DNA of 63,032 bases, the filler included, from Neoconidiobolus thromboides FSU 785 (lineage: Eukaryota > Fungi > Entomophthoromycota): the NCBI GenBank assembly GCA_025603075.1. It is 8 parts of 8 records of this genome, joined end to end, with 100 filler letters (N's around TTAATTAATTAA, not from the genome) between each part and the next. Parts side by side here need not be neighbours in the genome. Positions count along the whole stretch, not along the records: positions 61,500 to 63,032 come from MU626952.1; 7 more parts are not named here. One strand, given 5' to 3'. The notes beneath the pieces were generated by a model. It was not told the origin of the DNA. It worked only from the letters and a program-made list of their open reading frames with translations, and searched no databases. Positions within the stretch are counted from its first letter, which is position 1. Each line of letters starts with the position of its first letter. The position numbers were made by a program, and so were the translations under genes. Shown here piece by piece: positions 61,500 through 63,032 of the stretch.

Positions 61500-61595
61500 A
61501 ACATGGGATTGATTTCCTCTGAACTCGAGAACACAACAGCTTAGGCGATTGCTATGCTATAATTAACCATGGGACTGACAAAGCGATATTTCACA
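61500..61595 (-). mobile_element. Family-2 element left end, cut by contig edge
   Basis: Reverse complement of 52758-52853 region, ends GCGATATTTCACA. Confidence 0.9.
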
Positions 61596-61655
61596 AAGTC
61601 GGGATAATTAATTATAATTAATTAAGCTATAATTTAATAACATAAGTATAATAAT

Positions 61656-61737
61656 ATATGAGGATGTTTTTTTTGGTTTCACTACTTTTAAATGCTATTT
61701 GAGTGGAAAGATTGTTAGGGAAATTCTTGAAAAAAAC
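61656..61737 (+). mobile_element. Family-1 MITE copy (deleted, degenerate)
   Basis: ATAT|GAGGATGTTTT...TGCTATTTGAGTGGAAAG. Confidence 0.75.
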
Positions 61738-61759
61738 TAATATTGATCTTCATATTACC

Positions 61760-61866
61760 ATATGGGGATGTTTTTTTTGGCCTCATTACTTTTTCTATTT
61801 TTTAAGCACTATTTGAGCGGAAAATTTGTTAGTAAAATTCTTAAACACAAAAATACAGCCGCATAT
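61760..61866 (+). mobile_element. Family-1 MITE copy
   Basis: ATAT|GGGGATG...CAGCCGC|ATAT. Confidence 0.92.
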
Positions 61867-62008
61867 TTTAATATACTAAACTATTCTCAAAATCATTTAT
61901 TTAAGCTTAGTGTTGGTTTTTAACTTTAGATTTTTTTTAATAATAAATAATAAATAATAAATAATAGATAACATTATAAATTGAAATCTTTATATTATTA
62001 TATCAATT

Positions 62009-62193
62009 GTTGGAGTTTTTTTTTGGTCTCATGACTTTTTCTATCTTTTGAGTGGAAAAAATATTAGTGAGATTCTAAACCTAAAAAACACATGGGGATG
62101 TATTTTTTGTTTGAGGATTTGACTAACAACCTTTCCACTTAATAACGTTTAAAAAATGGGAAAAGTGATGAAAACAAAAAACATCTCTAATGT
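62009..62193. mobile_element. Two abutting Family-1 MITE copies in inverted orientation
   Basis: A degenerate + copy (62009-62090) runs directly into a - copy starting ACAT|GGGGATG at 62090. Confidence 0.8.
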
Positions 62194-62555
62194 TATGTTA
62201 GCTAATAGATAGGTAGTTAATTACTCTTGTAGTGCTATTTATAAAGCATCAGAATAGTGAAAAAGTACTGCTTTTTGACTACAATAATATCAAGTATTAA
62301 AAAAGCTTAGCCATTAACATTTAAAAATCTAAAATTATTTTACAAAAAAAATGAAAGTTAATAAAACTAAATACATAAAATTCAATAAATATGTGAAATT
62401 AATATTAATAAAAATGTTATTAAATATTAAAGTTTTTTTATTGATGTTTTACAAACTTGTACAAATTAAATTGTTTATTTATTATGTGATTTTTTACTAT
62501 AAGTCTATTAAACTGTGATGCTTCAAAGTTCATAATTTAATTCAGTATTATCACA

Positions 62556-62662
62556 ATTTGAGGTTGTTTTTTTTGGCTTCATTACTTTTTCCATTTTTTA
62601 AGCACTATTTGGGGAAGAAAATTTGTTAGTAAATTCTCAAACACGGGAATATATCCCCGTTT
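62556..62662 (+). mobile_element. Family-1 MITE copy
   Basis: ATTT|GAGGTTG...TATCCCC|GTTT. Confidence 0.88.
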
Positions 62663-62709
62663 ATTTAGAATTAAATATATAAAATATTAATTAAATCAAA
62701 GTAATAGAT

Positions 62710-62781
62710 GGCTTAGTGGTCTAGTGGTATGATTCTCGCTTTGGGTGCGAGAGGCCCTGGGTTCAATTCCCAGCTGAGCCC
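62710..62781 (+). tRNA. tRNA-Pro(TGG)
   Basis: GGCTTAG/CTGAGCC acceptor stem, CTCGC-TT-TGG-GT-GCGAG, GGTTCAAT T-loop. Confidence 0.94.
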
Positions 62782-62934
62782 TGATGTATTTACTTTTATA
62801 AACAGTTATAGCAAAACTTGTATCATGAAAATATCCAATTTTTTTAATATATGGGGTTGTCTGAATTAGTTTCATTATTTTATCCAATTTTTGAATTTTA
62901 TATTTTAAAACTTCGCTTAAAATCCTATAAAATC

Positions 62935-63032
62935 ATATGGGAGTGTCTTTTTTAACTTCATTATTTCTTCCATTTTTTAAGCGCTATCTAAACGGAAAAT
63001 TTGCTAACAAAATTCTTAAATACAAAAATACA
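62935..63032 (+). mobile_element. Family-1 MITE copy, cut at window end
   Basis: ATAT|GGGAGTG...AAATACA, missing the last few bases. Confidence 0.9.

Noticed and set aside
62696-62887. 63-aa minus-strand ORF
   Set aside because: Antisense over tRNA-Pro.
604-63032. Family-1 repeats as a CRISPR array or satellite
   Set aside because: They are dispersed, in both orientations, diverged, and have TIRs and TSDs. There are no regular spacers or cas genes, and the context is eukaryotic.
1-63032. Non-standard genetic code
   Set aside because: Conserved genes translate cleanly with the standard code. In-frame stops occur only in decayed copies.

Overview
AT-rich, intron-rich eukaryotic DNA, read as an aerobic early-diverging fungus. 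Support: 45-60 nt GT-AG introns, QCR7, a Crh-type GH16 and a Pls1-type tetraspanin. A Conidiobolus-like zoopagomycete is plausible but this is inference. The window is not contiguous. It is 8 assembly pieces joined by 7 artificial 100-bp spacers (N44-TTAATTAATTAA-N44): 1-8237, 8338-26515, 26616-33947, 34048-49328, 49429-56174, 56275-59964, 60065-61399, 61500-63032. It holds about 20 recognisable genes or gene fragments and 5 tRNA genes. Two dispersed repeat families are present: a ~99-bp MITE (about 25 copies, GGGGATGT termini, 4-bp TSD) and a ~465-bp TG...CA element (5 copies). The best leads are: (1) a 10-exon CCDC77-like centriole protein gene in what looks like a non-flagellated fungus; (2) an intronless bacterial-type CAP-domain gene, a horizontal-transfer candidate; (3) the dense Sola-like MITE family with CpG-decay evidence of repeat methylation; (4) two contigs bounded by inverted repeats, one being a tail-to-tail pair of near-identical oxidoreductase genes; (5) a true NAMPT; (6) a tandem Ssh4-like SPRY cluster containing a pseudogene. 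Family assignments come from manual translation and remembered motifs. No database search was run.
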